Positions 36,590 through 47,246 of a stretch of DNA of 64,000 bases are shown piece by piece. The DNA is from an uncultured Spirochaetota bacterium (GTDB lineage: Bacteria > Spirochaetota > Spirochaetia > SZUA-6 > Fen-1364), in the NCBI GenBank assembly GCA_963845535.1, contig CAWJSK010000001.1, positions 128,001 to 192,000 of the forward strand, given 5' to 3'. The notes beneath the pieces were generated by a model that saw only the letters and a list, made by a program, of their open reading frames with translations, made no database searches and was not told where the DNA came from. Every line of letters starts with the position of its first letter. Position 1 is the stretch's first letter. The translations under genes and the position numbers were made by a program.

Positions 36590-38524
36590 GTGGCACGTGT
36601 CAGGATGAAGGCGCGAACGTTCCTCACGAAGGCTGCGTTCTTTCTCGTGTTTTGCGCCCCGCTTGCGGTTCCCGCGCCGTGCGCGGGGCAAAACGGCCAG
36701 GGGCAGCCTGGCGCTCGCGTGCTCTGTGATGCTCTGGTCGGATTCAACGGCACGGTGCGTGAGGGCAGCTTCGCGCCGGTCATCCTGAGCGTGGAGAATC
36801 CCGGTCAGCGCACCAGCGCGGAAATATCCGTGACCGTCACGTGGGGCGCTTCCCGCGCCGGGCAGCCCGGGTTCACCGTCACTCGTGAAGCCGCGCTGGA
36901 TGAGGGCTCTACCAGCCGGTTTCCGTTCGTGGTCCCGCTTCCCCGCAATGCGCGCGCGCTTCGCGCCGCTGTTGCATCCCAGGGCGTCGAGATCGGCAGC
37001 GTGGAAATCGATCCGCGTTCACTCGTGGAGGCTGACAGGATCATCGTTGGCATCAGCAGCGACTTGTCCCTGGATGCCGTCTCCGCCCTTGGCGCCGGTG
37101 AGGGGTACTCCGCTCGCGTCGTTTACCCTCGCGTTGACGACCTGCCCCGTAGCTGGGCCGGCTATGACGGAGTGGATGCCGTCATCGTCCACGACACCTA
37201 TTTCCGCCAGCTTCGCTCCGACCAGGTTGACGCCATCGAGAAATGGGTGGTGAGCGGAGGCATCCTGGTCTTCACGGGAGGCGCCGCGGCGCTGCAGCAC
37301 GAAGCGGCCGGTTTTGGACGCCTCCTGCCGGTCCGCGTCAACGGCCTCACGCAGCGTGGCGGGATTTCCGTGTCCGTGGGCGGAAAAGCTCCGCGGCGCC
37401 TCCCGGGCCGGGTGGAGCTGGCCGACACGCAGCTCGTGCGCGGAAATGCTCTTCAGACGGACGGGACCTTGCCGCTGGTTGTGCGCTACAGCCTGGGCCG
37501 CGGGAAAGTGTGGTTTCTCGCGTTCGACCCGACCTCGCCGCCCCTTTCGACGTGGGACGGCACGCTTGCTCTGTGGCGGAGCATCCTGGAGACGGACAGG
37601 GTCCCCGTCTTGGGCGCGGCGTCGAGGCCGGCAATGGAAGACCCGTGGATTGCCGCCGTCTTTTCGGCGGCACCAGCCTCTTTTCCTCCCGCGTACGCCG
37701 CGCTTGCTTTCGTCGGCGCCTACCTCGTCCTTCTGACGCCGCTCTTTCTGGCGCGCGGGATTCGCGGCCGCGCGCGGCTCCTGCTTCTTGCCGTGGTCTG
37801 CACCGCGGCGGGTGCCGCGGGGTGGCTTTTGTTCAACCGCGCGCTTTTCGATTCGGCGCTCCAGGTCATGGACATGGCCCGCGTCGAAGCCAGGTCAGGA
37901 GACGGCGTGGCCTTTGTCACGGAGAAAACCGCGTTCTTTTCTGCTTCGGCTCGCCGCGTGGAAGCCCGTCTTGGCTCCGCTGACGCGGTGGTAGAAGCCG
38001 CGGGGCTCAGGACCTCGCAGAACCTTCCCCCAGTCGAGCCGCACATTTTTGAATCCCCTGCGGCCTCGGGAACCTTAGTCACGGGGATCGACCTGGACAG
38101 GTTCTTCGCGCGGCTGATTGCGGTCCAGGATACGGTCCCGTTTGACGTCACCGCGCGCATCGATAAAAACGGACCTTCCCTTCATGTCTTTGTCCATAAC
38201 GGGACCGGCAAACCCCTCTCGGGGTGTTATATCCTCATGCCCAAGCGGGCTTTTTCCCTCGGTGACCTCCCGGCAGGCGCCGAGATTCAACGCAGTTTCA
38301 CGGATTCCGAGGGCGTACGGTCGGATACGGCAGGCGCAACGTTCGCCTGGGTGGACAAGCGTCGCGCGGCCCTTTTCGAAGCACAGGAAGGTGAGATGCA
38401 TCAGGATGGGCCTCCACGGCTTGTCGGTTGGATGGACAGCCCGGTGCTCCCGATCTCGTTCGCCGCGTCCCACCCGTTTGACGGCGCGCCGGGGCTCGCC
38501 TTGGTGAGCGTGGAGGCCGAATGA
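36590..38524 (+). CDS. Exported membrane-anchored protein, first gene of the MoxR cluster (central GATase-like region)
   Basis: Signal peptide, LPRSWAGYDGVDAVIV...WVVSGGILVFTGG, GRGKVWFLAFDP, two TM helices near aa 370-420. Start is 36590 or 36605. Confidence 0.7.
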   Translation: MARVRMKARTFLTKAAFFLVFCAPLAVPAPCAGQNGQGQPGARVLCDALVGFNGTVREGSFAPVILSVENPGQRTSAEISVTVTWGASRAGQPGFTVTREAALDEGSTSRFPFVVPLPRNARALRAAVASQGVEIGSVEIDPRSLVEADRIIVGISSDLSLDAVSALGAGEGYSARVVYPRVDDLPRSWAGYDGVDAVIVHDTYFRQLRSDQVDAIEKWVVSGGILVFTGGAAALQHEAAGFGRLLPVRVNGLTQRGGISVSVGGKAPRRLPGRVELADTQLVRGNALQTDGTLPLVVRYSLGRGKVWFLAFDPTSPPLSTWDGTLALWRSILETDRVPVLGAASRPAMEDPWIAAVFSAAPASFPPAYAALAFVGAYLVLLTPLFLARGIRGRARLLLLAVVCTAAGAAGWLLFNRALFDSALQVMDMARVEARSGDGVAFVTEKTAFFSASARRVEARLGSADAVVEAAGLRTSQNLPPVEPHIFESPAASGTLVTGIDLDRFFARLIAVQDTVPFDVTARIDKNGPSLHVFVHNGTGKPLSGCYILMPKRAFSLGDLPAGAEIQRSFTDSEGVRSDTAGATFAWVDKRRAALFEAQEGEMHQDGPPRLVGWMDSPVLPISFAASHPFDGAPGLALVSVEAE

Positions 38525-39252
38525 GCGTCAGGGAAGGCTTTCGGAAGTATCTCTCCGATCCCCTCATCCTCCGCACCTGCCTGTACCTTGCCGCCGGCCT
38601 CGGCGCGGCCCTCTTCATCGTATGGCCGCGCTCAGCCCTGGAGACCGCCGTGCGAACAGGCATGGGACCGGGTGCCTTCGCCCTCGTTGCCACCTTTTTC
38701 CTCGCTCTCCTGCTTCTCCTGGAGGCGCGCTTCGGCGCCCAGGACTTTTCAACTGATCCAACTGTCCACCTCCAGGAGCACGTGCGGTTGACGCGCGCTT
38801 CCCTTGTGAGGCTCGTCGGAGGGCGGGCGACGTTTGGTTTCCTCCACACGCTGCTTCTCCTTCTCCTCGGCGCCCCGTTCCTTGCCGCCTCCCTTGCGGT
38901 CGGGGGCATGGGGCTGCCGCATCTTTTTCGCGGTCTTGCGATCATCGGCGCCGCCGGCCTCGCCTCCCGCGCACTGGGCCTTCTCTCGCTCTGCGTCTTC
39001 GGCACGCGCCGTCCGCTGCGTGAGATTGCGCTGTATCCCGTCCTTGTCGGGATCCTGATTGCGACGTTTCTCACCGCGCCTTCGGTAAGCCCGTTCTGGA
39101 CACTGAACAAGCTGCTCGTGGATGCCGGCGGCTTCCCGACGTGGCTCCTGTCCGTCCTCGCGGATCTGGCGGCAGCGTTTGTGTTCTTCGGTCTTTCGGT
39201 CCTTGCTCTTTCGGCCGTGCGCGCAAGAGCGCGGAGGTTCCCCCATGGGTGA
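38521..39252 (+). CDS. Multi-pass membrane protein (ABC-2 permease-like)
   Basis: About 6 hydrophobic segments. Translationally coupled (ATGA). Confidence 0.65.
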   Translation: MSVREGFRKYLSDPLILRTCLYLAAGLGAALFIVWPRSALETAVRTGMGPGAFALVATFFLALLLLLEARFGAQDFSTDPTVHLQEHVRLTRASLVRLVGGRATFGFLHTLLLLLLGAPFLAASLAVGGMGLPHLFRGLAIIGAAGLASRALGLLSLCVFGTRRPLREIALYPVLVGILIATFLTAPSVSPFWTLNKLLVDAGGFPTWLLSVLADLAAAFVFFGLSVLALSAVRARARRFPHG

Positions 39253-40633
39253 TCCGAATCATGCAGCGCCGGATTTCATGACGCAGGTTTCCCGTCTTGC
39301 GCGCGTTGCCCGCAGGGACGTGCTCATCCGTCGATGCCTGGCAGGTTTCTTCTTCGGTCTCCTGGTCGCGCTCCTGACGGCGGTTGCAGCGGGAAGCGTG
39401 GATCTTCCTGTGCCGACGCTGCCGCTCTCCGCCGCGGAAGCGTTGGCCGGCCTGGTGGCAGGAGCGCTTTCTGCCTTGCTCTTCCGCCCGAAAGCAATGC
39501 GCCTCCTGCTCCTCGCGGACGCCGTCCTGGGAAGCAGGGAGCTGGCCAGCACCGCTTTGGAGCTTTCGACGAGTGAGAGCCGGGACGCCGTCGGGTTTGC
39601 GCGCGCCGTGGTGGAGGACGCCACACGGCTTCTTGCGGAGACGAACCCTCGCGCCATCCTGGGCAGGTTGCGCCTGCCGCTTTTGCCGTTCATTGCCGTG
39701 GCAGCGCTTTGCACCGCGGGTGCGCTGGTTTTTCCCGTGAACCTTCGGTCGCTTTTCGCGTCTCCCGCAAACAAGGGCAGCGGCATGGGCCAGATAGGGG
39801 AGGATCTTCGCGCGCGCGGGGAGATGCTGGCCGAAGCGGCGAAGGGTCAGGGCCTGGACAGATCAATCGAGCTCTCACGCGAGCTTGCCCAGCTCGGCGC
39901 TGATCTCGAAGCCAGGAAAGTCACCCCGAAGGATGCCGTGGAGCGGATGGCGCAGATCGAATCCGGGCTGTCGCAGGAGTACGAGCTTCGCAAGCAGGAG
40001 CTCGAGTCCGCTAAACCCGGCGTGCCGGGACCAGGGGCAGGTAAAGCTGGACAAGGGGAAGACGACGTGACCAGGGACCTTGCGGATACGCTGGACCGTC
40101 TGCGCAAGGCGCAGCGTGAGCTGAACGGTCAAAGCGGTGATGAAGCGCAGGGCGGTCAGGGACACGGTGACCAGGGAGAAGCGGACCAGGGCAAAGGCAG
40201 CCCAGGCGGTCACGCGCAAGGGGACCAAGCCTACGGCGGGCAGGGGCAAGGTAAGGAAGGGCAGGGTCAAGGTCAGGAGGGGCAGGACAAAGGCAGGGTT
40301 GGCGCTGGCCCCGGCAATGAGAACGGTCCAGACAGATCGGGAGAAAGCGGTATTGGGACGCTGCCGGCGCCGCAGAAACGAGGCCCCGCCTCTTCGATTG
40401 CAAGGGGGGACGCCGGACCGTCGCTCCAAGCCCAGGGAGAAGCCGCCAATGAGGATTCCACCCGCTTGCTCGCAAGGTCACTCCCTGAATGGACGGGATC
40501 CCGGCTCCCCGAGGAGGCCATTCTCAAACAGTACTCCCGCCAGGTGGAGAGCGCGCTGGCCCGGGACCAGATCCCGTTGAAGCTGCGTCAGTCCGTGAAG
40601 GAGTATTTCATGACCATTGGCGTCACGAAGTAG
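39245..40633 (+). CDS. Membrane protein with coiled coil and Gly/Gln-rich region (DUF4175-like)
   Basis: N-terminal TMs, LASTALE, GQG-rich stretch, C-terminal IPLKLRQSVKEYF. Confidence 0.7.
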   Translation: MGDPNHAAPDFMTQVSRLARVARRDVLIRRCLAGFFFGLLVALLTAVAAGSVDLPVPTLPLSAAEALAGLVAGALSALLFRPKAMRLLLLADAVLGSRELASTALELSTSESRDAVGFARAVVEDATRLLAETNPRAILGRLRLPLLPFIAVAALCTAGALVFPVNLRSLFASPANKGSGMGQIGEDLRARGEMLAEAAKGQGLDRSIELSRELAQLGADLEARKVTPKDAVERMAQIESGLSQEYELRKQELESAKPGVPGPGAGKAGQGEDDVTRDLADTLDRLRKAQRELNGQSGDEAQGGQGHGDQGEADQGKGSPGGHAQGDQAYGGQGQGKEGQGQGQEGQDKGRVGAGPGNENGPDRSGESGIGTLPAPQKRGPASSIARGDAGPSLQAQGEAANEDSTRLLARSLPEWTGSRLPEEAILKQYSRQVESALARDQIPLKLRQSVKEYFMTIGVTK

Positions 40634-40668
40634 GGAACGGAGAAGCAGGGGAAGGCAAGGGGAAGGCA

Positions 40669-41718
40669 ATGGAAGAACGCGAAAACAGCATTCCGATGGA
40701 AGCGGCTGACGCGCGAGAGCAGGCGGCCTGGGCCGGCGGCATGGTGCGCTCTTTGCAGGAAGAGATCGGCCGCGTGATCGTGGGTCACGAGGACGTGATC
40801 CACGATGTGCTCGTCTGCCTGTTCTGCGGGGGGCACGCTCTCCTGGAAGGAGTGCCCGGCCTGGGAAAGACCACGCTCATCAAGTGCCTGGGGCAGGTGC
40901 TGGACCTTGGCGCATCGCGGATCCAGTTCACTCCCGACCTGATGCCCGCGGACATCATCGGGACGAACGTGCTGGTGCCGGAGGAGACCCAGCAGGCAGG
41001 GGACGGGGCGGAGGCTCGGCGCTACGTCCAGTTCCAGAAAGGGCCGGTCTTTGCCAACATCGTGCTGGCGGATGAGATCAACCGCGCCACCCCGAAGACG
41101 CAGTCAGCCCTGCTCGAGGCCATGCAGGAGCAGACCGTGACGGTGGGAGGCGCCACCCATGCCCTTGACCAGCCCTTCATCGTGCTTGCCACGCAGAACC
41201 CCATCGAGATGGAGGGCACGTATCCGCTTCCCGAGGCGCAGCTGGACCGGTTCTTTTTCAAGCTTGCTCTCAGCTACCCGTCGGCTGCCGAGATTTCCTC
41301 CATCATTGACCGCACCACCACCGGAGCGGCCGCCGCGCTGGAAAAGATCGTGGGTGCCGACGCCATCCGCCGCTTGAAAGCGCTCGTCCGTGAGGTCCCT
41401 TTGGCGGAGCACGTGAAGGATTATGCAATCAGGCTCGCGCTCGCCACCCGTCCCGGCACGGGCACGGCCACGGAGCTGGTCTCCCGGTACGTGCGCTACG
41501 GGGCAAGTCCCCGGGGCCCGCAGACGCTCGTGCTCGCCGCAAAAGCAAACGCGCTGTTCGAGGGAAGGCTCAATGCAGGCTTCGATGACGTGAAAGCCGC
41601 GGCACGCCAGGGGCTCCGCCACCGGATCCTCTTCAATTTTGAGGGGGAGGCGGAGGGAATCACTTCGGAGCAGATCATTGATGACGTCCTCTCCCAGGTT
41701 CCAACCGTGAAGGATTGA
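40669..41718 (+). CDS. moxR: MoxR-family AAA+ ATPase
   Basis: LLEGVPGLGKT, RIQFTPDLMPADIIG, ADEINRATPKTQSALLEAMQE, ATQNPIEMEGTYPLPEAQLDRF. Confidence 0.96.
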   Translation: MEERENSIPMEAADAREQAAWAGGMVRSLQEEIGRVIVGHEDVIHDVLVCLFCGGHALLEGVPGLGKTTLIKCLGQVLDLGASRIQFTPDLMPADIIGTNVLVPEETQQAGDGAEARRYVQFQKGPVFANIVLADEINRATPKTQSALLEAMQEQTVTVGGATHALDQPFIVLATQNPIEMEGTYPLPEAQLDRFFFKLALSYPSAAEISSIIDRTTTGAAAALEKIVGADAIRRLKALVREVPLAEHVKDYAIRLALATRPGTGTATELVSRYVRYGASPRGPQTLVLAAKANALFEGRLNAGFDDVKAAARQGLRHRILFNFEGEAEGITSEQIIDDVLSQVPTVKD

Positions 41719-41731
41719 GAGCGGCCAACCA

Positions 41732-42625
41732 ATGGACTCCGCGCTTTTCGACAAGGAGTTTCTCCACAAGCTGGAATCCCTGGCGTTCATTGCCCGCAGG
41801 CTCCGCCGCGGCGGCGGCCACGGCGCCCACCAGTCGGTCCGTCGGGGCACCTCCCTGGATTTCGCGGACTTCCGCGGCTATCAGCCGGGGGACGACTTTC
41901 GGACCATCGATTGGGGCATTTACGGCAGGCTGGACAAGCTCGTGGTGCGGCTGTACGCGGAAGAGGAGGATCTCACCATTCATCTCCTCCTGGACTCCAG
42001 CGCTTCGATGTCGTTCGGGACGCCTCCCAAGATCGACTACGCGCGGAAGCTGGCGGCCGCGCTGGGATACGTGGGGATACGGTCACTGGACCGCGTCGGG
42101 GTGACGACGTTCGCCGCCGGCCTGTCCGGCGCCCTCGGTCCCCGGCGCGGGCGCGCGCAGCTCTTCCACCTCCTGGAGCACATGAGCGCTCTTGCCCCCG
42201 GGGGGCGCACCGACATTGCGCGGTCTCTGGAGGAGTACGCGCGCCGGTCCCGCAACCCGGGGCTTGCCATCGTGATATCGGACCTTCTGGATGATTCCCG
42301 GGACGGCTACCGCCGCGGCCTCCAGGCGATGCTCTTCCATGATTTCGAGGTGGTCCTGGTCCACGTGCTGGACCCGGAGGAGATCAACCCCGGTGAGCAG
42401 GGCGCCCTTCGGCTCACCGACATGGAAAGCGGAAAGGTCCTTCCCCTGCACGTGGACCGGCAACTGCTCGCGGCCTATCGCGCGAGGGTGGAGGGGTTCT
42501 TCGCGGAGGTGGAATCCTTCTGCCTGAAGAACCGCATCGAATACCTGCGCGTGGCGACCATGGTCCCGTTCGAGGACGCGGTGCTGCGCTACTTGCGGCA
42601 GGGCATGCACCTGCATACCCGATGA
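41732..42625 (+). CDS. DUF58 domain protein
   Basis: GTSLDFADFRGYQPGDDFRTIDW, LLDSSASM, VISD. Confidence 0.93.
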   Translation: MDSALFDKEFLHKLESLAFIARRLRRGGGHGAHQSVRRGTSLDFADFRGYQPGDDFRTIDWGIYGRLDKLVVRLYAEEEDLTIHLLLDSSASMSFGTPPKIDYARKLAAALGYVGIRSLDRVGVTTFAAGLSGALGPRRGRAQLFHLLEHMSALAPGGRTDIARSLEEYARRSRNPGLAIVISDLLDDSRDGYRRGLQAMLFHDFEVVLVHVLDPEEINPGEQGALRLTDMESGKVLPLHVDRQLLAAYRARVEGFFAEVESFCLKNRIEYLRVATMVPFEDAVLRYLRQGMHLHTR

Positions 42626-44460
42626 GCTTCACTTCCCCCGGGTGGCTGCTTTTCCTCCTTTTCGTGCCGCTGGTGGTCGTGCTTCACGCTCTCACCTTCC
42701 GGTGGCGCTCGATCTCTGCGTCGTCCCTCGTGTTCTGGACCGAAGTGATCCGGGAGCACAGGGCAGGCTTGCGAATCCGCCGAGTCCTCAGGAGCCTCGT
42801 CCTTCTCCTTCAGGTCCTTGCCATGACGGCGCTCGCGTTCGCCCTCGGCGGGCCGCTCATCTTCGGGCCCAGAAGCAGCGGATCACAGGACGTGATCCTT
42901 GTGCTGGATGCCACGGGGAGCATGCAGGCACGGGAAGGCGCGCGGACGCGATGGGACCTGGCGAGAGACCGCGGCCTGGCGCTCGCGTCCGGCCTGCGCG
43001 GCGGGGCGCGCATGGCGGTGGTGCTTGCGGAGAAGTCCCCCCGATTGCTTTCCCCGTTCGTCGCGGACAAGAACGCGTTGCGCCGGCTCATCGCTTCCGC
43101 GCGCGCCACCGATGAGCCCGGGGACGTGGCTTCCAGCATGATCTTTGGCATGTCTCTGCGCGACCCTCGCCGCGGAGGCCGCGTGGTGCTGGAAACCGAC
43201 GGGGCATTCGATGAGCTTCGCGGGGTGGACACGTCGCTTCCCTGGGTCACCGTGGACACGGTGGGGACTCGGCATGACAACGTGGGCATCACGGGGATGG
43301 CGTTCCGCCAAGGGTCGACAACGGGCGCAGGGTACCAGCTTTTCCTTTCGGTCTTGAACGCCGGAGGCACTGCCGCCATGGTGCCGCTTTCCATCCGCGC
43401 GGGCGGCAAGGACGTTGTGACCCGCACGCTGACGGTTGGGGCCGGCCAACGGAGCACGATGACAGTCCCGTGGCCGGGGCCGACCTCCGGAAGGGTGACG
43501 GCTTCCCTCCTGACGCATGATGCGCTGCCGCTCGATGACACGGCGTACGCAAGCTTTGCCCCTGCGCGCAACCTGCAGGTGCTCGTTGTCGGGTCCCAGC
43601 CGCGTTTCATCCAGCAGGCCTTTGCATCGCTTCCCGGCGTGACGGTGAGAATCCAGGATGCCCCTTCAGACGATGGTCCGCAGGCGGACGTGGTGGTCTA
43701 CGCCGGCGTTCAACCTCCGCTGCTTTCGAAAGGCAACTTCATCCTTTTCGATTCCGTGCCGCCGAATCTCCCGCTCCGCGTCAACGGGGTCCTTCGCGTT
43801 CCCGCGATCACGGGATGGAACAGGAGCGATCCGCTCCTGGACTCAGTTTCGCTTGCAGGGATTGCCATTGGCCAGGCCCTGGATCTCGACCCGGGTCCTG
43901 GCTTCACTGTTCTTGCTGCTTCCGGGAGATCGCCTCTCCTCTTGAGCTGGGACCACTCCGGAGTGAGAGCGCTCATGCTCGCCTTCGACCCGCGCTCGTC
44001 CGACTTCCCGCTTCGGCCGGCCTTCCCCATTTTGCTCGCCAATGCGCTTTCCTGGTTTTTCCCTGACTGGCTGGAGCCCCAGGCGGACGAGGTGCAGGCC
44101 GGTGATCCGCGCCTCATCTCCACGGGCGGGGTTGGCGTCGTGACGGTGCTGAAGCCTGACGGACGGCGCGTGGATCTTGCCGCCAACGGTCCATCGGTCA
44201 CGTTCTCCGACACGGATGAGACGGGCTTTTACAAGGTCGATGCCGGAGGGGAGTCAAGCGAGTTCGCCGTCAACCTCTCGAGCGATTCGGAAACGGATAT
44301 CTCACAACGGTTCACAGTACCCTCTTCGCGAACGGAAGTCGGGGAGCGGGCGCGCGTGCCGGTCCCGGTCTGGCCGGCGGTTGCCGCTGCGGCGCTGGCG
44401 CTTCTCCTCCTCGAATGGCTCGTGTGGCTGCGAAGGCCCGGGAGGTCACTCACGACATGA
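42622..44460 (+). CDS. BatA-N + VWA domain membrane protein
   Basis: MSFTSPGWLL...SSLVFW N-terminus, MIDAS LDATGSM and TDG, FAVNL, C-terminal LLLLEW anchor. Confidence 0.88.
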   Translation: MSFTSPGWLLFLLFVPLVVVLHALTFRWRSISASSLVFWTEVIREHRAGLRIRRVLRSLVLLLQVLAMTALAFALGGPLIFGPRSSGSQDVILVLDATGSMQAREGARTRWDLARDRGLALASGLRGGARMAVVLAEKSPRLLSPFVADKNALRRLIASARATDEPGDVASSMIFGMSLRDPRRGGRVVLETDGAFDELRGVDTSLPWVTVDTVGTRHDNVGITGMAFRQGSTTGAGYQLFLSVLNAGGTAAMVPLSIRAGGKDVVTRTLTVGAGQRSTMTVPWPGPTSGRVTASLLTHDALPLDDTAYASFAPARNLQVLVVGSQPRFIQQAFASLPGVTVRIQDAPSDDGPQADVVVYAGVQPPLLSKGNFILFDSVPPNLPLRVNGVLRVPAITGWNRSDPLLDSVSLAGIAIGQALDLDPGPGFTVLAASGRSPLLLSWDHSGVRALMLAFDPRSSDFPLRPAFPILLANALSWFFPDWLEPQADEVQAGDPRLISTGGVGVVTVLKPDGRRVDLAANGPSVTFSDTDETGFYKVDAGGESSEFAVNLSSDSETDISQRFTVPSSRTEVGERARVPVPVWPAVAAAALALLLLEWLVWLRRPGRSLTT

Positions 44461-47246
44461 GCTTCCAGTCGCCGCTGTGGCTCATCGCCCTGGCCGCGCT
44501 TCCTCCGCTCGTGTTCCTCACGCTTCGGGATCTCCGCGGAGGGCTCTCCTTTCTCATTCTCCGTTCGGCCTCCATCCTTTTCCTCGTCCTCGGGCTTGCC
44601 GGATTCACGAGCGCGCTTCTCACGAACAGGTTGTCCGTAGTGTTCCTTCTCGATCAATCCCGCAGCGTGCCGGAAGCGGAGCGGCAAAAAGCGCTCCACC
44701 TCATCGAATCTATCCGCGGCAGCCTGCGCGGAGGGGACTCCGCGACGCTCGTGAGGTTCGGCGCGGAGGCCCGGACAGATGCCCTGGAGCCAGGAGTCGC
44801 GGCAGCGGCCGAAGGAGTCGAGGTGGACGCTGAGGCCACGAACATCGGGGCTGCCATCCAGGCCGGGCTCGCCCAGGGCGGCAGCGGCCCGGCCCCCCGC
44901 CTCGTGCTGCTGACGGACGGAAACGAGAACCGGGGGAACGCGACGTTGGCGGCGGGCGTGGCCCGCGCAATGGGCGCGCGCATTTTCCCCGTGCCGCTCG
45001 GGCTCGCGGCCAGGGGCGTCGAGGTGGCCGTTTCCGACCTGCAGGCGCCGGACACCGTCAGGGAGGGAGAGGCGCACGAGGTGACGGTGATGGTGAGAAG
45101 CCGCACCGCGGTCACGGCCAGGGTCACCCTCTTTCGAGACATGGCTCCGGTGGCAAGCCGGCTCATCCAGATCGCTCCTGGTGAAAACGCCGTTCAGTTC
45201 ACTGGCGATTTTCCGCAGCGCGGGCTCCATGCCTGGGACGCCGTGGTGGAGGCGCCGGGAGACTCCGTGGCCCAGAACAATCACAACCGCCGGCTGGTGC
45301 GGGTCAGCGGCCCGCCGCAAGTCCTGTACGTGTCCCGACCCGGAAAAGGCTCGCCCTCTTTCCTCTCCGCTTTGTCAACGCAGGGCATCTCGGTGGTGGC
45401 AGTGCCTCCCACCGGGCTGCCGGGAACGCTCGCCGGGTACCTGCCCTTTGACGCCGTGATCCTGGACAATGTCCCCGGCTACGGCATTGCCACGGAAAAG
45501 ATGGAGATCATTGCCCAGTACGTTCGGGACGTGGGCGGCGGTCTCCTCATGGCGGGAGGAGACGCGAGCTTCGGCAATGGCGGCTACTACAAGACGCCCA
45601 TTGAACGGGTCCTGCCGGTCGACATGGACGCAAAGTCTGAAGTGCAGGTCCCGGGTCTTTCCCTCCTCATTGTGATGGACAAGTCAGGGAGCATGGGCGT
45701 GAGGGTGCCCACGGGAGAGACCAAGCTCGACGTTGTGAAGAGCGCCGCGCTCTCCGCAATCGAAACCCTCAACCCGTTCGACCGCGTCGGGGTGATCGCG
45801 TTCGATGCGGACTGGCTGTGGGCCGTGCCGCTCCAGAGCGCGGGCGACATCCAGAAGATCACCTCGGACCTCGCCACGCTCAGCGCGGACGGCGGCACGG
45901 TGATGTACCCGGCTCTGGAGGAGGCTGACCGCGTCCTGTCGGCCTCTTCCTCCCCGCTTCGCCACGTGATCCTCCTCACGGATGGTCTCACCGACGCCGC
46001 GGACTTCAGGGCGCTGGTGACGCGCATGGCGCGCCACCACATCACGGTGTCCACGGTGGCCGTGGGTGAGGACGCGGACGCGGGTCTGCTGGCGGCCATT
46101 GCCCGCTGGGGAGGCGGCCGCGCCTATGTGACAAGCGACCCGAGCGACGTTCCCCGGATTTTCCTGACCGACACGCGGCTCTCAAGCCGCGGGCTCATCG
46201 TGGAGAAGAGCTTTTTCCCGCGCGAGGTCTCGGCGGCTGAGATGACCCGGGGGCTCTCCCTGGCCGCGGTCCCCGCGCTCCAAGGTTTCGAGCTTACCTA
46301 CATGAAGTCTGGCGCCGAGCAGGTGTTCTCCGCGATGTTTGACGCCCCGCTGCTTGCAGTATGGAGGTACGGACTTGGTCGAACGGCCGCGTTCACCTCG
46401 GACTTCGGCGGGCGCTGGAGCCGGGACTGGCTTTCGTGGAGCGAGTTCCCAAGGTTCGTCTCCCAGCTCGTCCGATGGATCGAGAGGCCGTCGGACTCTC
46501 CCCTGCTGCATCCTCGGATGGAGATCACTCGCGGCCGGGCCACCCTGAGTGTTGACGCCTATGATCCGCTGGGCGGGTTCGTGAACGGGCTGGAGGTGAA
46601 AGGGATCCTCATTCAGCCCGGCGGTGCGCGCTCCGAGGTGAGCGTGCCGCAGACGGCCCCAGGACTGTACGAGGCTTCCTTCCCCGCAGAAGAAGTCGGG
46701 GACTACACGCTCACCCTCGCGGCGCGCTCAGGAGACGTCGAGCTTTCCCCGCTCACCGTGGGAACAAGCGTCGCATACTCGGAGGAGTACGCGCTGCAAG
46801 GTCCCAACCGGGATCTGCTGGACCGTCTGGCTTCGGAGACGGGCGGCCGCGTCATCTCTTCCCTCGATGATGCGGCCGGCCTTGCGGCGCTCCTTCGTCG
46901 CGAGGCCGGACCCTCCGCTGCGGGCAACGAGGCCTGGCGTTTCTTCCTCCTTGCCGCTGTCGTCCTGTTCTTTGCCGATATTGCGTCACGCCGCCTCGGT
47001 GCCCTTCGCGAGCTGCTTGGCCGGGTGTTTGCCCGCGTTCGCTCCCTTCGTGGGAAGCCAGCGCTTTCCTCCGACGAGCTTGCCGGCCTCGTTGCCCGCG
47101 TCCGCGACGAGGAGCGCGCCAGGACCAAGAAGAGGCTTTCCGGAATTGCGCGGGAGGGAAAGCTGGACTCGGAGCTTGCCCCCTACCTCTATCTGGCACG
47201 CCTGCGCAGCAGTCGCGCGGCGCAAGACGAGCACAAAAAAGGGTAG
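44457..47246 (+). CDS. Double VWA + glutamine-amidotransferase-like membrane protein
   Basis: LDQSRSV/TDGNEN and MDKSGSM/TDG MIDAS motifs, GGGLLMAGG...GGYYKTPIERVLPV, WRYGLGRTAAFTSD. Confidence 0.88.
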   Translation: MSFQSPLWLIALAALPPLVFLTLRDLRGGLSFLILRSASILFLVLGLAGFTSALLTNRLSVVFLLDQSRSVPEAERQKALHLIESIRGSLRGGDSATLVRFGAEARTDALEPGVAAAAEGVEVDAEATNIGAAIQAGLAQGGSGPAPRLVLLTDGNENRGNATLAAGVARAMGARIFPVPLGLAARGVEVAVSDLQAPDTVREGEAHEVTVMVRSRTAVTARVTLFRDMAPVASRLIQIAPGENAVQFTGDFPQRGLHAWDAVVEAPGDSVAQNNHNRRLVRVSGPPQVLYVSRPGKGSPSFLSALSTQGISVVAVPPTGLPGTLAGYLPFDAVILDNVPGYGIATEKMEIIAQYVRDVGGGLLMAGGDASFGNGGYYKTPIERVLPVDMDAKSEVQVPGLSLLIVMDKSGSMGVRVPTGETKLDVVKSAALSAIETLNPFDRVGVIAFDADWLWAVPLQSAGDIQKITSDLATLSADGGTVMYPALEEADRVLSASSSPLRHVILLTDGLTDAADFRALVTRMARHHITVSTVAVGEDADAGLLAAIARWGGGRAYVTSDPSDVPRIFLTDTRLSSRGLIVEKSFFPREVSAAEMTRGLSLAAVPALQGFELTYMKSGAEQVFSAMFDAPLLAVWRYGLGRTAAFTSDFGGRWSRDWLSWSEFPRFVSQLVRWIERPSDSPLLHPRMEITRGRATLSVDAYDPLGGFVNGLEVKGILIQPGGARSEVSVPQTAPGLYEASFPAEEVGDYTLTLAARSGDVELSPLTVGTSVAYSEEYALQGPNRDLLDRLASETGGRVISSLDDAAGLAALLRREAGPSAAGNEAWRFFLLAAVVLFFADIASRRLGALRELLGRVFARVRSLRGKPALSSDELAGLVARVRDEERARTKKRLSGIAREGKLDSELAPYLYLARLRSSRAAQDEHKKG

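Noticed and set aside
40130..40330. Repetitive G/A/C-rich stretch as a CRISPR or tandem array
   Set aside because: It is a low-complexity Gly/Gln coding region with no fixed repeat-spacer periodicity.
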